Positions 46,001 to 59,737 of a DNA stretch of 64,000 bases are shown here, one piece after another; the first letter of the stretch is position 1, and each line of letters starts with the position of its first letter. The position numbers were made by a program, and so were the translations under genes. The DNA lies in contig CM022675.1 of the NCBI GenBank assembly GCA_012295275.1, positions 14,198,001-14,262,000 on the forward strand, given 5' to 3'. Source of the DNA: Chrysomallon squamiferum. Lineage: Eukaryota > Animalia > Mollusca. The notes beneath the pieces were generated by a model. It searched no databases. It worked only from the letters and a program-made list of their open reading frames with translations, and was not told the DNA's origin.

Positions 46001-47832
46001 TCCATTATTTAACTTTCAATTTGCTTTTTTTTCTCATCCATACAGACCTTCCGTCCCTTCATCTTGACAAAGAACATGTTGCAGAAGGAAGTGTTTGGAT
46101 TGGGATATCCAAGTCTTCCAACTTACACACTGGATGAATTTTATGAACAGAAAGTTAAAGATGGAACATTCCAAATCTCAAACTCAAATCAAGGGCCGTA
46201 AGTCTTGTTTTTTTTTTTTTTTTAAATAAATATATCTATGATATTCAAAGAAATAGTCAAAATGTTTCTTATGTTCACACAATTAATGATTTATTATTTT
46301 AATTTTGTTTTTGTTTGTTGTTTTTTTGTTAAAAGTACTGCTTGTGATATGAATGTACAGTCAAAATGTTTAGTATCAACCATAATGTTCATAAATCTAA
46401 ATGTACCCTACCGCATTTTTTTTAACAAGCAGCTAAATGCATTTATATAATTCCATGTTATTGTTTCTCAGTGCCAATCTTTTCTAATAATAAAATATGG
46501 CAGGAAACTAACAAATACAAGAATGCAAATAGGTTTACGTTTTTCATCGTTTTTCAGATATAAAATGTTAAAACACATATTATGACAGACTGAGTAAATC
46601 ATTGCCAAAATTGTCAGAATGTGTGAATAGACAATTGAGAATAAATGTTTTTGCAGTATTTAAAAACTGTTAATTGTCTTCTGTATCAATTCAGAATGAG
46701 TCTACAAGATCGAAGCAATAATCCAGAACTGGCAGCTGAAGAAGATGAAAAAACAAAAGCTGAAAAAGAGAAAAAGGCTGAAGAAGATGAGGAAGAAGAA
46801 ATAAATAAAGCAAGAGAAATGGATGAATATAAAGACTGTAAGGAAAAAGAAAGTGTAATTTATTAATGATGATAAAGGTGTCCTGTCTAAAAGGTTTTAG
46901 TAATTGTATTAACAAGGCTGGAAAAGGGTAACAGTCAGGCAGGTTCTTATTGGGGAACTGATCCATTGATCTGTCAGATCTGATATTTCAGTGAATCTTG
47001 ATTGATCTTCTGACAGTATTAGGTTGTTAGATGATTAGTTAGAGGAAAGACTGTAGTGATATGAATTTCTGATTTAACACTGGACAAGATGTCTACCCAG
47101 TATCTGCCAGTCTAAAGGATACAGATTAACTATTGCTGATTTCACACTAGTATGTTTGTCTCTGTAAATATACTCTATAAACATAAATATATAAATATTT
47201 GTAAGAATGAAATAATTTTAATTGGAAATTTACTTACAGCTAGCTGCGTCTATTTCTTCTAAGGCAATATCAACCAACTTTTGTTATTATGTTGAGATGT
47301 AATAATATCTTAATATCATCACTATTGATCACCTGTTTACGAACTTGAGATACAATCTGAGAAAATTTGACATTTCAGTTTTAATACGTCTTTTAAAAGA
47401 GATAGTTAAAAATACTTCTGATACTGTAATTTAATTTTTATGTCTTTTTAAAAATTAAATAAGTATATAAACATATTTTAATTTGTAAAATTGTAAAATT
47501 GCACAATCAGATACATAAAAAAAGAAAAATATTTTTATTAGCAGTATTTTTTGGTTTTGTTTTGTTTTGTTAATTTTCTTTCTTGCCTTTAATATTAAAC
47601 TTACCTTTGATTTTTAACTAAACTTTTATATTGCATTTTTCTTAAATATAACTTACAGTTTATTTTAGTACTCTTTTTTTTATTCTAAGGTATATGTATT
47701 TGTGTGTGTGTGTGGACATTGTTATTTTTTTTTTTTTATGATTTTCATATGTTAACATTTTTTTTATTATATATACATTTTTGCATTTCAGATCATCGTC
47801 AGGGATGGGGCAATAGATACAACAGATTGTGA
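42589..47832 (+). CDS. IGBP1: Immunoglobulin-binding protein 1 / alpha4 / TAP42 (PP2A-family regulator), 10 exons
   Basis: Exons 42589-42702, 43266-43378, 43735-43819, 44078-44190, 44603-44738, 45250-45319, 45848-45945, 46046-46197, 46695-46837, 47792-47832. Motifs: LELFSRNEDFEEV, RQAKIEQYK, RPFILTK..QKEVFGLGYPSLPT, KAREMDEYKDYHRQGWGNR. Confidence 0.96.
44754..44865. repeat. Degenerate ~23-bp tandem repeat (AAATAAAATGTTAAAAATRGATT), about 5 copies
   Basis: TGTTAAAAA core recurs at about 44762, 44781, 44804, 44827 and 44850. Confidence 0.8.
47207..47275 (-). repeat. Inverted copy of the IGBP1 exon 6 3' half plus the intron 6 donor, inside IGBP1 intron 9
   Basis: The reverse complement matches 45282-45350 at 65 of 69 nt, including a 32-nt perfect block (47244-47275 vs 45282-45313). 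Confidence 0.95.
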
Positions 47833-49996
47833 TGTGCCAGCTGATACAGTGTTTGTCTGTTTTGTGAATTCTGAATATAAAATGAAATCAGCTCCCTGCT
47901 GCCTTCTCTTTGAAATACTCTGCAAGAAATATTTATGGAGAAATTTAATTGCTAAATTTCCACAGTGACACATACGACCTTAATGTGTGTTTATAGTGTA
48001 TCACCAACTGTACACACAAAAATACTTCATTAATTAATTACATACACATAAATGTTTTGTTTGTTTCCAGTGACCAGTTTTGCTACTATAAAGCAGGCAA
48101 TAGTGAACAGCCAAGTTATGTAAGGAAAACAATATAAAACATTTATGAAATTATAAAAGTGCTAGAACTTTATGCTGTGGTATCACTATATGGAAAGAGA
48201 ATTGCTTAACTGATAAATGTTGATGTTTAGAAGAACAAACAAATTGTGAGTTTTCAGAAAAATCTAAAGAAAACATATCTGAAAGATAATAAAAAATATA
48301 ACATCTGACATAACAGTTCAGTATTTGTTTTGAGAAAAAAAGACAGCTATTAAAAATAACTTCAAAGATGTTGAGATTTTTATAATGATATAATGGAATT
48401 ATCATCATCTTCATCATTTTCATTATTATTTATCTGTTGATAAAGAATATTTTCAAGATTAAATATTAATATTTCAGGTGATCATTTATGTCATTACTCT
48501 AGTTAATATTGTTTTTTTTTTTGTTTAATTAGATTTAAAGAAAAATCTGTTATTAATTTTTTAATGTTAAACACACACACACACACACATATTTTATGTC
48601 TTATTTTTTCTAAAGTTCTATTAATATTATCTAAACAAAAAAACAAATTTTAGTTTAACACAACTCAATCAACATAATTATATTTTGTCATCATACCTTA
48701 GGGAATATACAAGAGATGAAACAGTTATATTTTTTGTATTGTTTATGTATGCAATGTCAAAATAAGTACATTTATTTGAATATTTGACTGAACTTTTCTT
48801 TTTCTTTTTATTATATATGTATATTATTTTATTTTAATTTTAATTTTAATTTTTATATTTATTTTTTATATTAATTTCGAAAAAAAGTAAGGTATTTATT
48901 AAATATTGTTTTTGTTGTTATGCAACCCACTCCATTTCTCAGTCCCTAATATCGAATGTACTAAAATTACATCAGACTGCTAAAATTATGAAACGAGTAC
49001 CTTCTCGGCGAGGCTAATAACAAAAACAAAGAAAAAGAAAGAAAGAAAGAAAGAAAGAAAAAAAACGAAAATAAATTAATTAAATAAAATCATCTACTAG
49101 TTTTTATTAAAGATGGAGGCTACATCTGTGAAGTATTTATTTATTTTTCATACAGTTTTAAATAAAAACATTAAAGTCATTTATCTTTGTTATTCGCTGC
49201 TTGAGTAAATGAAATCGTTTAAAATAATCAGCGCGCATTCATACGCATGCCTTACAGAAACCCACGGCTGAAAAGAAGCCGGAATGTGATGGGAAAAAAT
49301 ATGCAGAAAATGTGAATTCTGACACAACGGAATTATACATTTTGAAATTAAAATTTATGTATATGTACCCTGTGTGCATAAATATATAATTTACATGCAC
49401 ACGCACACGATCAGTCTAGAAGGCCGCTTAGGATTTATGTTTAAATGTTTGATTATTGTTTGCGTATTAGTTTTGGATTTTGTTAAATTTTATTTATTTA
49501 TTTATTTATTTATTATATTTTATTTTATTTAAATATTACTTGTTCGTTTTTTTTTTTTTTTTTTTTTAATTGCAGAAACTGCATGGCTCATCAAAACAGA
49601 CGTTCAAAAACAATAATATATAGATCCTTTAGCTTTCAAAAAACAATTTAAAATCCTTTATTATTTTCACGAGATCGCTCATATGCTACAGTGATCATAC
49701 TGATATTTACTCTTGTACTTAATTTCGACTCGTGGCGAGCTGGTTATCAAATGTAAATCGTGATCGTGAATTTAATACGACAAATGGGTCACCGCTACTT
49801 TAGTGAAACTATTTCAAAATGATAATTTACCACATCAGGTTTTATTTCTAAGCTTTGTGTACTTGAATTATTATCAACAGTAGTTGTATTATTATTATTA
49901 TATGTTTATTATTATTATTATTATTAATTTAATATAATATAATTTATTTATTTATTTATTATTACTATTGTTGTTGTTGTTATTATTATTATTATA

Positions 49997-50029
<33 letters not shown>

Positions 50030-50360
50030 TTAAATTTATTTATTTATATATATTTTACTGACTATTAATTTTGAATTCTCTGCTAAGCGTCTTGATTTTA
50101 ATACATGCACTCACAAGTACTCAAATGTGATAATAAAACAGGGTTGTACTATACTTCTCACAATGTTTGTATACTCAAGTGTTAGGTACAAGTCGCTTAC
50201 GTTGTTCTAACGTTACAAGCAGACGGCCACTGTATCAATTCGCGCCAGTTACGGTGAAATACCGTAACAAATTGCCGAAGAGAAGATTTGATATTAAATT
50301 ATAATATGTTGTTGTCATTAATGTACAGTGTGGCTAATTAATTAGTTCTGAATTATTGTC

Positions 50361-50396
50361 CTTGCATAATATTAATTACACAACAACAACAACAGC

Positions 50397-50454
<58 letters not shown>

Positions 50455-50850
50455 TTAATAGAAAGTAATAGTAATAAAAGAATAAATGTATTAGAAATAA
50501 CAAGATTCAACATTTATCGTATGAAAGAGTTTTTTTAATGATTGAAAAAATAATTTTTTAAGAATTGAATTCATAATCCTTGCATAATGCTAGATAGACA
50601 CCAACAACGACACCAACAACAACAACAATAATAGTAATAATAACAAAAGGATGAATGATTGAATAAATAGATGTTAAATTACTAACCTTGCATAATGCTA
50701 GACACCAACAACGTCACCAACAACAACAACAACAGTAGTAGTAGTAGTAGCAGTAATAGTAGTAGTAGTAATAAAATAATGAATGAGTTAATAAATAATT
50801 AATTAATTAGACTTGCATAATGTTAGATACACAATATCAACAACAATAAT
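50361..50850. repeat. Four-unit degenerate tandem repeat headed by CTTGCATAAT, with microsatellite spacers
   Basis: CTTGCATAAT at 50361, 50579, 50687 and 50812, each followed by ..AGA(T/C)AC..CAACAAC-like sequence and AAT/AGT runs. Confidence 0.85.
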
Positions 50851-51165
50851 AAAAATAAATGAGTGAATTAATTATCAAATTAATACTGAATTACAAGACA
50901 CAAAGAGAAAAATAACAACAACAGCAGCAACAACGACAATAGTAATGATCAGTAGTGGGCCTACATTTTTGTTGTCCTGAAGTTGAACAGTTATGAAGGC
51001 ACCTCGCAAGCAGCAACGAGGACTGAGTTCCGAAGCTTGTCTCATTAGTTTGTTAACAGATCCACACCTCAGTAAAAACAGCGAAAAATACAAAACTGAA
51101 AACAAAAACTCAATATTAAATTTAAAAACTCAATATACTATCATAAATATAAATAAAAGCATAAC

Positions 51166-51249
<84 letters not shown>

Positions 51250-52025
51250 ATTGATAATACAGTTATTGTTATTGTAATTGTTGTATCACCAACTCTAGAT
51301 TTTTTATTATTTAAAATGATAAAAATATTTTATTCATATTAATAATTGTTATATCTATCTATTTATCTATTTATATATATATATAGTTAATGTGTATATT
51401 AATTAATTATCTAACGAAAATAAATCAACAATTCAGAATTTAACGTAATCAATCAATATTATGGAAGTGTAATTCAGTTTAAAATATTAATTAGTTTGTA
51501 ATTTATTTTCAAACGTATCGTATTCGGTCTCACGTAGAATTTAATATGGAATTACGTCTTAAAATTAAAATGGTAATTAAAGAATGTGCGTTATCGATAG
51601 CTGAGATTCACGGATTAGCACCAAAGATTTATATGAGAAGTAATACGTATGATAAACATATTGTATTTCACTAGAATCTCGTCTTGTTGTACCAAGTGAA
51701 AGTCCACGGGTCGTACAAAACAAACCTTCTTTAATTTCACAAATGGTTCTTCCCAAAAGGGGAATCATCATCAAATTTAAAATATTTTATAATCAATACA
51801 CAATGGTTTATATTTTTTATAAAACTGTTAATTTTAGTATTTAGTGTAAGAACGAGAATGACGATAATATATAAAAAAGTGTAATGAACGGCTGGATTTT
51901 AACGCAAAATGTCTCTTGGTAACTGGATACTGTTCCCCCTACAAATAAGTGTCAAATGAAACTTCCATGGTCGGTCGGAATAAAACAAATGTGAGCATTC
52001 AGAACAAGCTGGTTGAGCGCTCACG

Positions 52026-55000
52026 ATGGCCAGGCTGAAGGAAACACCCCTTTTCGTGTTTCTTCTTTTATTAATTAGTGCTTCTATCACGGAACAAAAT
52101 TCTAGAGCAAAAAGACAAATTGCGTCTAGCCAGTAAGTGTATCAACTAAATTATTTCTATTCGTTTTAAATATTTCAATATAAATTTTAATATTAAATTT
52201 TATTTAATATTCTCTGCATGTTTCTATTTTTATTTTATTATTATTATTACCAATTATTTAATTTTAAATTTGTTTTTTATTATTATTTTTAATATGTTGA
52301 TATAATTTACTAATTTATTTATATTATTGAAAAGTAAGTTTGTACTGTATTTCGGACATGCATGTTGATGTGTTTGGATAAACTACACATGTGAGGCGTA
52401 CATGAACAGGTTTCAGAAAGCATAAGGGAGGAAAATCTTTCAGTTACTTATTTATATATTTATTTATTTTACTGTGGAGACAGAGGAGAGGACCTTATGG
52501 GAGAATAGAGGCCTTTTGCTAACAAAAACAATGACAGAAACATAACAAGATGAATGGACTCCATATTCCTATTTTTAGTGGGTGGATATGGATAAATGTG
52601 CTAATCTATATGTGAATTTGTAAGTATATGTCTCTGTATGGGTCTACTTCAAATGGCTAATAAGCAATAGGAGAATCTCGAATAATTTATTAGACGGCCG
52701 TTGAAGAAGTTTTAAAAAAGAAAACTATTTTGATCATTACTGGCTTTTTGCCATGATTTTAACATGCAATGACATTTCTAGGTAAATATCTACGTAATTA
52801 GTACATGTATCTTTTTCTGCATATTAAAACGCTAATAAAATAATATTTTTTTATTATTTAAATAGTGCTTGCGTTTTTGGAACGTGTTTAATTATTACCT
52901 GCTGTCATAGTACCGTTCATATGTACATGTGTAGACTTATCGTATGGAATGACATTATCTACGTATCACATTGCATATCTTGCCTCGTTCACATACCAGA
53001 ATGGAAAACGCCCCCAACCGTACCACTGCAGTCTCGGTGTTTCTAATTTCTTGTAATGTAAAACCTTTAATTGAGAAGACACCATTCCACTTCGTACATT
53101 TCTAAATATATCTGAAATCATTTCTCACTGATAACTTTGATAAATTTCACAATTAAATTTGCCAATACTGTACACTGTTTTGATACTTCCATAATGAAAA
53201 CCTGAATTCTACTTCGAAGTAATTTATTTGTTTGTTTGTTCAAAGAAAATATTTAATAAGGAATTTAACAATATCTATTAGAAATAAGGGTTATTTTCTC
53301 CGTTATTTTAAGATTTATACCACACATTAAAACACTGTCTTCTGAAATTTGATTTATTTTATAATGAAAAAACAAACAAAAAAAGAACAAAAACAAATAA
53401 AACCTCAGACAGAAAAGAAAGAAAATAGAAAAGAATTAAAATAACGCTGTTTTCTCAATCCTTCGACTATTTAGTCCACCTATAATGATAATTACCAAAT
53501 TTGAATTATAAATGTGAAGATACAAAGATATATATACAAAGATATATATATTATTTTATATACATATATATATATTATAAATATTAAAATTTGTAAATAA
53601 ATAAATGTTTTTCAGTTCAGAAATCAAAACTGTTATTAAGCAAAATATTTAAAATGTTTATAAATTCGTTAATATAGTTACAATCATATTCTATCTACTT
53701 CGATATCTCAGATATGGAATGATTCTTATGACAATGTATTATTTTTCACTGGATATATGACAGCTAACAGTACGTTTTGTTTACTTAAACTGCAGATTAT
53801 TGAAAAACACCGAACGTCTGTTGTAATGTCTTGTTATTTTTTTGTGACTGAGCTGGGTCGTAATATGAACTGACACAGTTGTAGAATATCTCTTTAAACA
53901 CAGTCAACGTAAAATTAATGTCACTTAAAAATATTATGTTTATATAAAATTAAATCTCGGTGTAACTAACTTCCTACATGAAAGTGTTTCTACAGACGGC
54001 TTCGGACGCAATCATTTGTACTGACATTTTAAAACGTCTGCTCCACATCTCCGTATTTTCAGTTCACATTGCTGATTCCAAACATGTCTGGTGTAAAATA
54101 TTAATTACATATATTAATTTACCATTAGATATTTGTGTCTCACATTTTTACATTCCTGGTTCAAATTGTACTACATTGCATAGTTTAACCTATTTATGCT
54201 TTCAACTTATTATCATGTCTTTACATTTTATTTATCTCAACAACAGACCTCGAATGATGACACAAAACGGACACTTAATATTCCAGTCAGGAACAAATCA
54301 CAACATCACGTTCAGATCGTCCGGCGGTGGGGCTATCACAATAGACGGACAAGACATCAGAGTTATTGCCCAGACGGTAAGCCACTGAATAAAATTCCGT
54401 TTAACCCTTTCAGCGTCGTGTCGAGATATCTAGCCATGCTGGAATACATGACGCCCTACTTTCAGTTTATTTAAATTAGAGGAACAAATAGATAATTTCC
54501 CCCACAGTGCATGCATAACTGTCGTTTGGTTATTACTAAAGATGGATCAAACATTTGTGCATGAATGATTAAAGAACACCCTCGATACGTCCGGTATCTT
54601 TTTCTTTGTATGTGTGCGTGCCTTTATGTGCGTGAGAGTGAACTTACAAAAAACTGATTGCAAATGAACATTTAGATAACATCAAACAAACAAATCACTG
54701 TATTTAATATATATATATGTGTGTGTGTGCAATCAATTTTTTGTTATTATTATTATTATGTATACTACTACTACTACTACTAAATAATAATAGTCTAAAC
54801 AGAGAAATATATAATTATGTCTAATTAATATATTATTTTTAAAGTTTTTTTCGTGCTATACTGACTCTTAGACTGTTAAAGTATAATTCTTACCAAATGA
54901 AAGGTTGGCAAATTTCAACATTCTATCTCAGTGGTTCTCGAACTTTTTGAAGTCAGGGTGCCTTTGAAGTCTTACAAAAAACTGCGGACACATACACACA

Positions 55001-57757
55001 GACTGCTAAGAATTATAATGCAAAATATAAAAAAATACAGAAATAACTGAAAGAAGGGTGTATACCTTTATTCATCATCTATTTTGTGCTGATGAGAAGT
55101 ATGAGCCTGACGTGTCTTGGCAATTTCTTCAATGCTGGGGCGTATGTATGATAAGCAAACTCTCATTTCCTCGTCAGCAGACTGAAGATTTGTTCTTTTT
55201 TTGCACTTGATGTTGGTGAGGGTGGAACATCCTAATTCGCATAAATTTGATGTTGAAAGTTGCAGTAAAATGGCTAAAGCTTTTTTTGGATTTTGACTGG
55301 TATTCTTCTCTGATTGAAATCCAAAATGTTTCAAAACTAGATCCCTTATATTTAATCTTCAATCGACCATCGGTGGCTACAGCTGCTAGCTCTTCTTCTT
55401 CGGTTAATGTTAAACTAGCATCATCTGAAATTTCTATGAATGGATTTTAAAACCAAGCGTATTGTTCAGTGTTAATTGATGGAAAAAAATAATTTATTTA
55501 TCTTCCAAATTTGCCAAATGTTCAAGTATTAAGGGGAAGACATCATTTATGCAAGTTTTACCTGTCAAAGGAAACATTTCCAAATTACCTTCAGAAGCTC
55601 TTCTCTTCCAGATAAGTAGTGTTTTCTGAAATGTTTTAATTTTATCAATAGATGTCAAAATATTTTCTTCATTTCCTTGCAAGCTAGTAATCAAAATACT
55701 GAGGTGCTGAAATATATCAGCCAAATACGCTAATCAGCTAATCCAAAATTCACATCGAAGGAGCTCACAAACGTGGTTTTGTCATCACAAATATCTACCT
55801 AGATGCTAGAATTTCGTGGGGTACACCTAAGTATGTCTCCCTTTGAGAACCACTATTAAAATTGTTTGTTTAGAGTTATCGTTCTTGATTGCATTTTTAT
55901 GTAATTTCTTCTTATTTGATATATATTTAAACACTGAACAATTTCCTTGTGAATAAAACAAAAATAACTAACTAAATAAATAAAACTGAAATAACTAACT
56001 AACTAACAAAATAAATAAATACATACATAAAGCAAGTTTAAAAAGATTATTTACATACATTTTTTTTTTTTTTATATATAATTTGTAAATAATTTTTTTT
56101 TCTCTGCTGTTAAAACATCTGATGTGTATCACAATAACAACAACAACAACAATAATAATAACGATAATGATAAAACATAACAACTATGATAATAATAGTA
56201 AAATTAAAAATATAATTAATTAAATTTAGAAAATATATGCAGGGCTATCTAGGTTTACTTGTTACAGAAGTTGAGTGATTAATTCTATGAACTCTACTCT
56301 GAACAAGTCAGTGATTGATTGGACCTGCATATGTGTGTGTGTGTTGTGTGTTTGTGTTTGAATAGTTTTATTTTACATAGATGAATTAATGTTTAATATA
56401 TTTTTATATTACAGGTAACAACAAATAAACAAGATATAGAAAGACTGAAAACCAGTCCAACACAGGTACACATATATTTTACTTTATTATTATTATAATT
56501 ATTATCATTATTATTATCATTATTAATATCATTATCATTATTATCATCATTATTATTATCATTTACATCATTATCATTATCATTATTATTATTATCATTA
56601 TCATTATTATTATTATCATTATCATTATTATCATCATTATTATTATCATTATTAATATCATTATTATCATCATCATTATAATTATCATTATTATTATCAT
56701 TATCATTACTATTATTATTATTATCATCATTATTATCATTATTAATATTATCATCATTATTATCATTATCATTATTATCACCATCATTATTATTATCATT
56801 ATTATCACCATCATTATTATTATCATCATATTATTATCATTATTATCATCATTATTAATTTAATCATTATCATCATCATCATTATTATTATCATTATTAA
56901 TATCATTATCATCATCATTATAATTATTGTTGTTATTATTATTATCATTATTATCATCACTATTATTATCATTATCAATATCATTAACATCATTATTTTT
57001 ATTATTATCATCATCATCATTAATGTTATCATCATCATTATCATCATTATTATTACCATTATTAATATCATTATCATTATTATCATCATTATTATTATCA
57101 GTATTAATATCATCATCATTACTATTATTATAATCATCACCATTATTATCATCATCATCATCATCATTATTATCATTATTAATATCATTATCATCATTAT
57201 TATTATCATTATTATCATCACTATTATTATCATTATGAGTATCATTAACATCATTATCATTAATATTATTATTATTATTAATATCATTATCATCATCATT
57301 ATAATATCATTATTATTATTAATATAATCATCATCATCATTATCATTAATATCATTATGATCATTATTATTATTATCATCATTATCATCATCATAATTAT
57401 CATCATTATTAATATCATTATTATCATCATCATTATAATTATCATTATTATTATTATCATTATCATTACCATTATTATTATTATTATTATTATCATTATT
57501 AATATTGTCATCATTATTATCATTATCATTATTATCACCATCTTTATTATTATTATCATCATCATTATCAATATTATTATTATGATCATTATTATATCAT
57601 CATCATTATTATTATTATCATCATCACCATTATTATCATAATCATCATCATCATTATTATTATCATTATTAATATCATTATCATCATCATTATAATTATC
57701 ATCATTATTATTATCATTATTATCATCACTATTATTATCATTATGAGTATCATTAAC

Positions 57758-57789
<32 letters not shown>

Positions 57790-58006
57790 TAATATTATTA
57801 TCATCATCATTATTATCATTATTATTATTATCATCATTATTATTAACATTATCAATATCATTAACATCATTATCATTATTATTATTATTATTATCATTAT
57901 TAATATCATTATCATCATCATCATTATAATTATCATTATTATTATCATCATCATCATCATTATCATCATTATTATTACCATTATTAATATCATTATCATC
58001 ATTATC

Positions 58007-58038
<32 letters not shown>

Positions 58039-58510
58039 TATCTTCATTATGATTATTATTTATATCATTATTAATATGATTATCGTCATCATCATTATAA
58101 ATATCATTATTATTATTATTATCATCATGATCATTATTATTATCATTATTAATATCATTATCATTATTATTATTATCATCATTAGTATATCATTATCATT
58201 ATCATTATTATTGTTATCATCAATATTTATATCATTATCATCATCATCATTATCATTATCATTACCATTATTATTATTATCATCATTATTATTATCATTA
58301 TTAATATCATTATCATCATCATTAACATTATCATTATTAATATTATTATTATTACTATCATCATTATTATTATCATTATTAATATCATTATTATTATTAT
58401 CATTATTATTATTGTTACTATCATCATTATCATTAATATTATTATCATCATAGCATCACTGTTATTAGTTGGATTAAAAGTACTGTTATTTTATGTTATG
58501 TATAGTTGTA

Positions 58511-58564
<54 letters not shown>

Positions 58565-58867
58565 TGTGTGTCTGTCTGTCTCTATATGGCTATGTGTATA
58601 TCTTGAGAATTACATCAGCTTTGTAATGGCTGACTCAAACATTGTAAGAGAGTTTTCACTTGGATATTAAAAATCTCCATACCTCCTTACTAGACTGACA
58701 GTTTGTCTGTTCATGTGTGCATCAGTCTGTCCATGTATGCTAGATGTTATATCAAAAGTAAAACAACTGATAGCTGAAATTTATGAAGGAGAGATCATAA
58801 AAATTATAATATTTTTCTTTATCTCATATACATTCCAGAATTTTCCATTCATTAAATTATTTTTATA

Positions 58868-58918
<51 letters not shown>

Positions 58919-59648
58919 GATTATTTATTATTATTATTTTCAGATTCCCTCTAATATCAATAATAGACTGAACTCCTTGCAGACATCAGTAAACAGTCTA
59001 CAGAATATTCCAGGAATTGTTAACACATTGAGAAACAGTGTATCAACAATAACAGCAAATGTATGTTTTAAAAAGTACCAGAAGTGGTAGTAAAGTATAG
59101 CCTTAATTCATATTTTATAGTTATTTTTGTTTCTTAATAAAGTATGTTTATGTTATTTATTTTTTATCACATTTTAACATGTTCATTCTACTATTCAATC
59201 AAACTTTAATTGTCAACAAATAGTAAAACAATTTCAGTTATCAATATATATATATATACATACGTTCATTCTTGATACTGAATATAGAAAATTATTTGCA
59301 TATTTATTCACATTGATAGTAACACTAACACTAAACTAGAATATATTGATACTAACATGATTAGAAAATTATATCACTATTTTATGTTATGAAACATGTA
59401 TTAAATTATGAATAATTAATTAATTAATTTATTTATTTATTGTTTGGTGACAGCTGAACACAGGGAACTCCAGATTAACAGCAGCTGAAAACAGAATCTC
59501 GTCTGGTCAAAACCAGCTGTCAGCCAGACTGTCCACTGTCGAAAACAGGGTAAACACCTTATAACAGTTACAATAATAGTATAATAATAATAATAATAAT
59601 AATAGTAATAATTGTAATAATAATAATTGTAATAATAATGTATTAATT

Positions 59649-59737
<89 letters not shown>

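Noticed and set aside
46866-46985. Box C (ATGATGA) and CTGA motifs in IGBP1 intron 9 suggesting a C/D snoRNA
   Set aside because: No terminal stem or recognisable rRNA antisense element; such motifs are expected by chance.
50248-50268. 8-bp hairpin GTTACGGT-GAAAT-ACCGTAAC
   Set aside because: Too short, and it lacks the downstream CTRR expected for a Helitron end.
51956-52038. Upstream ATGs/uORFs overlapping the cubilin start
   Set aside because: The TSS is unknown and may lie downstream of them (a TATA-like AATAAAA is at about 51979), so there is no support that they are in the mRNA.
56563-58453. Long poly-Ile/Met/Leu/Ser ORFs on both strands
   Set aside because: They are artefacts of an ATT/ATC triplet satellite inside cubilin intron 3.
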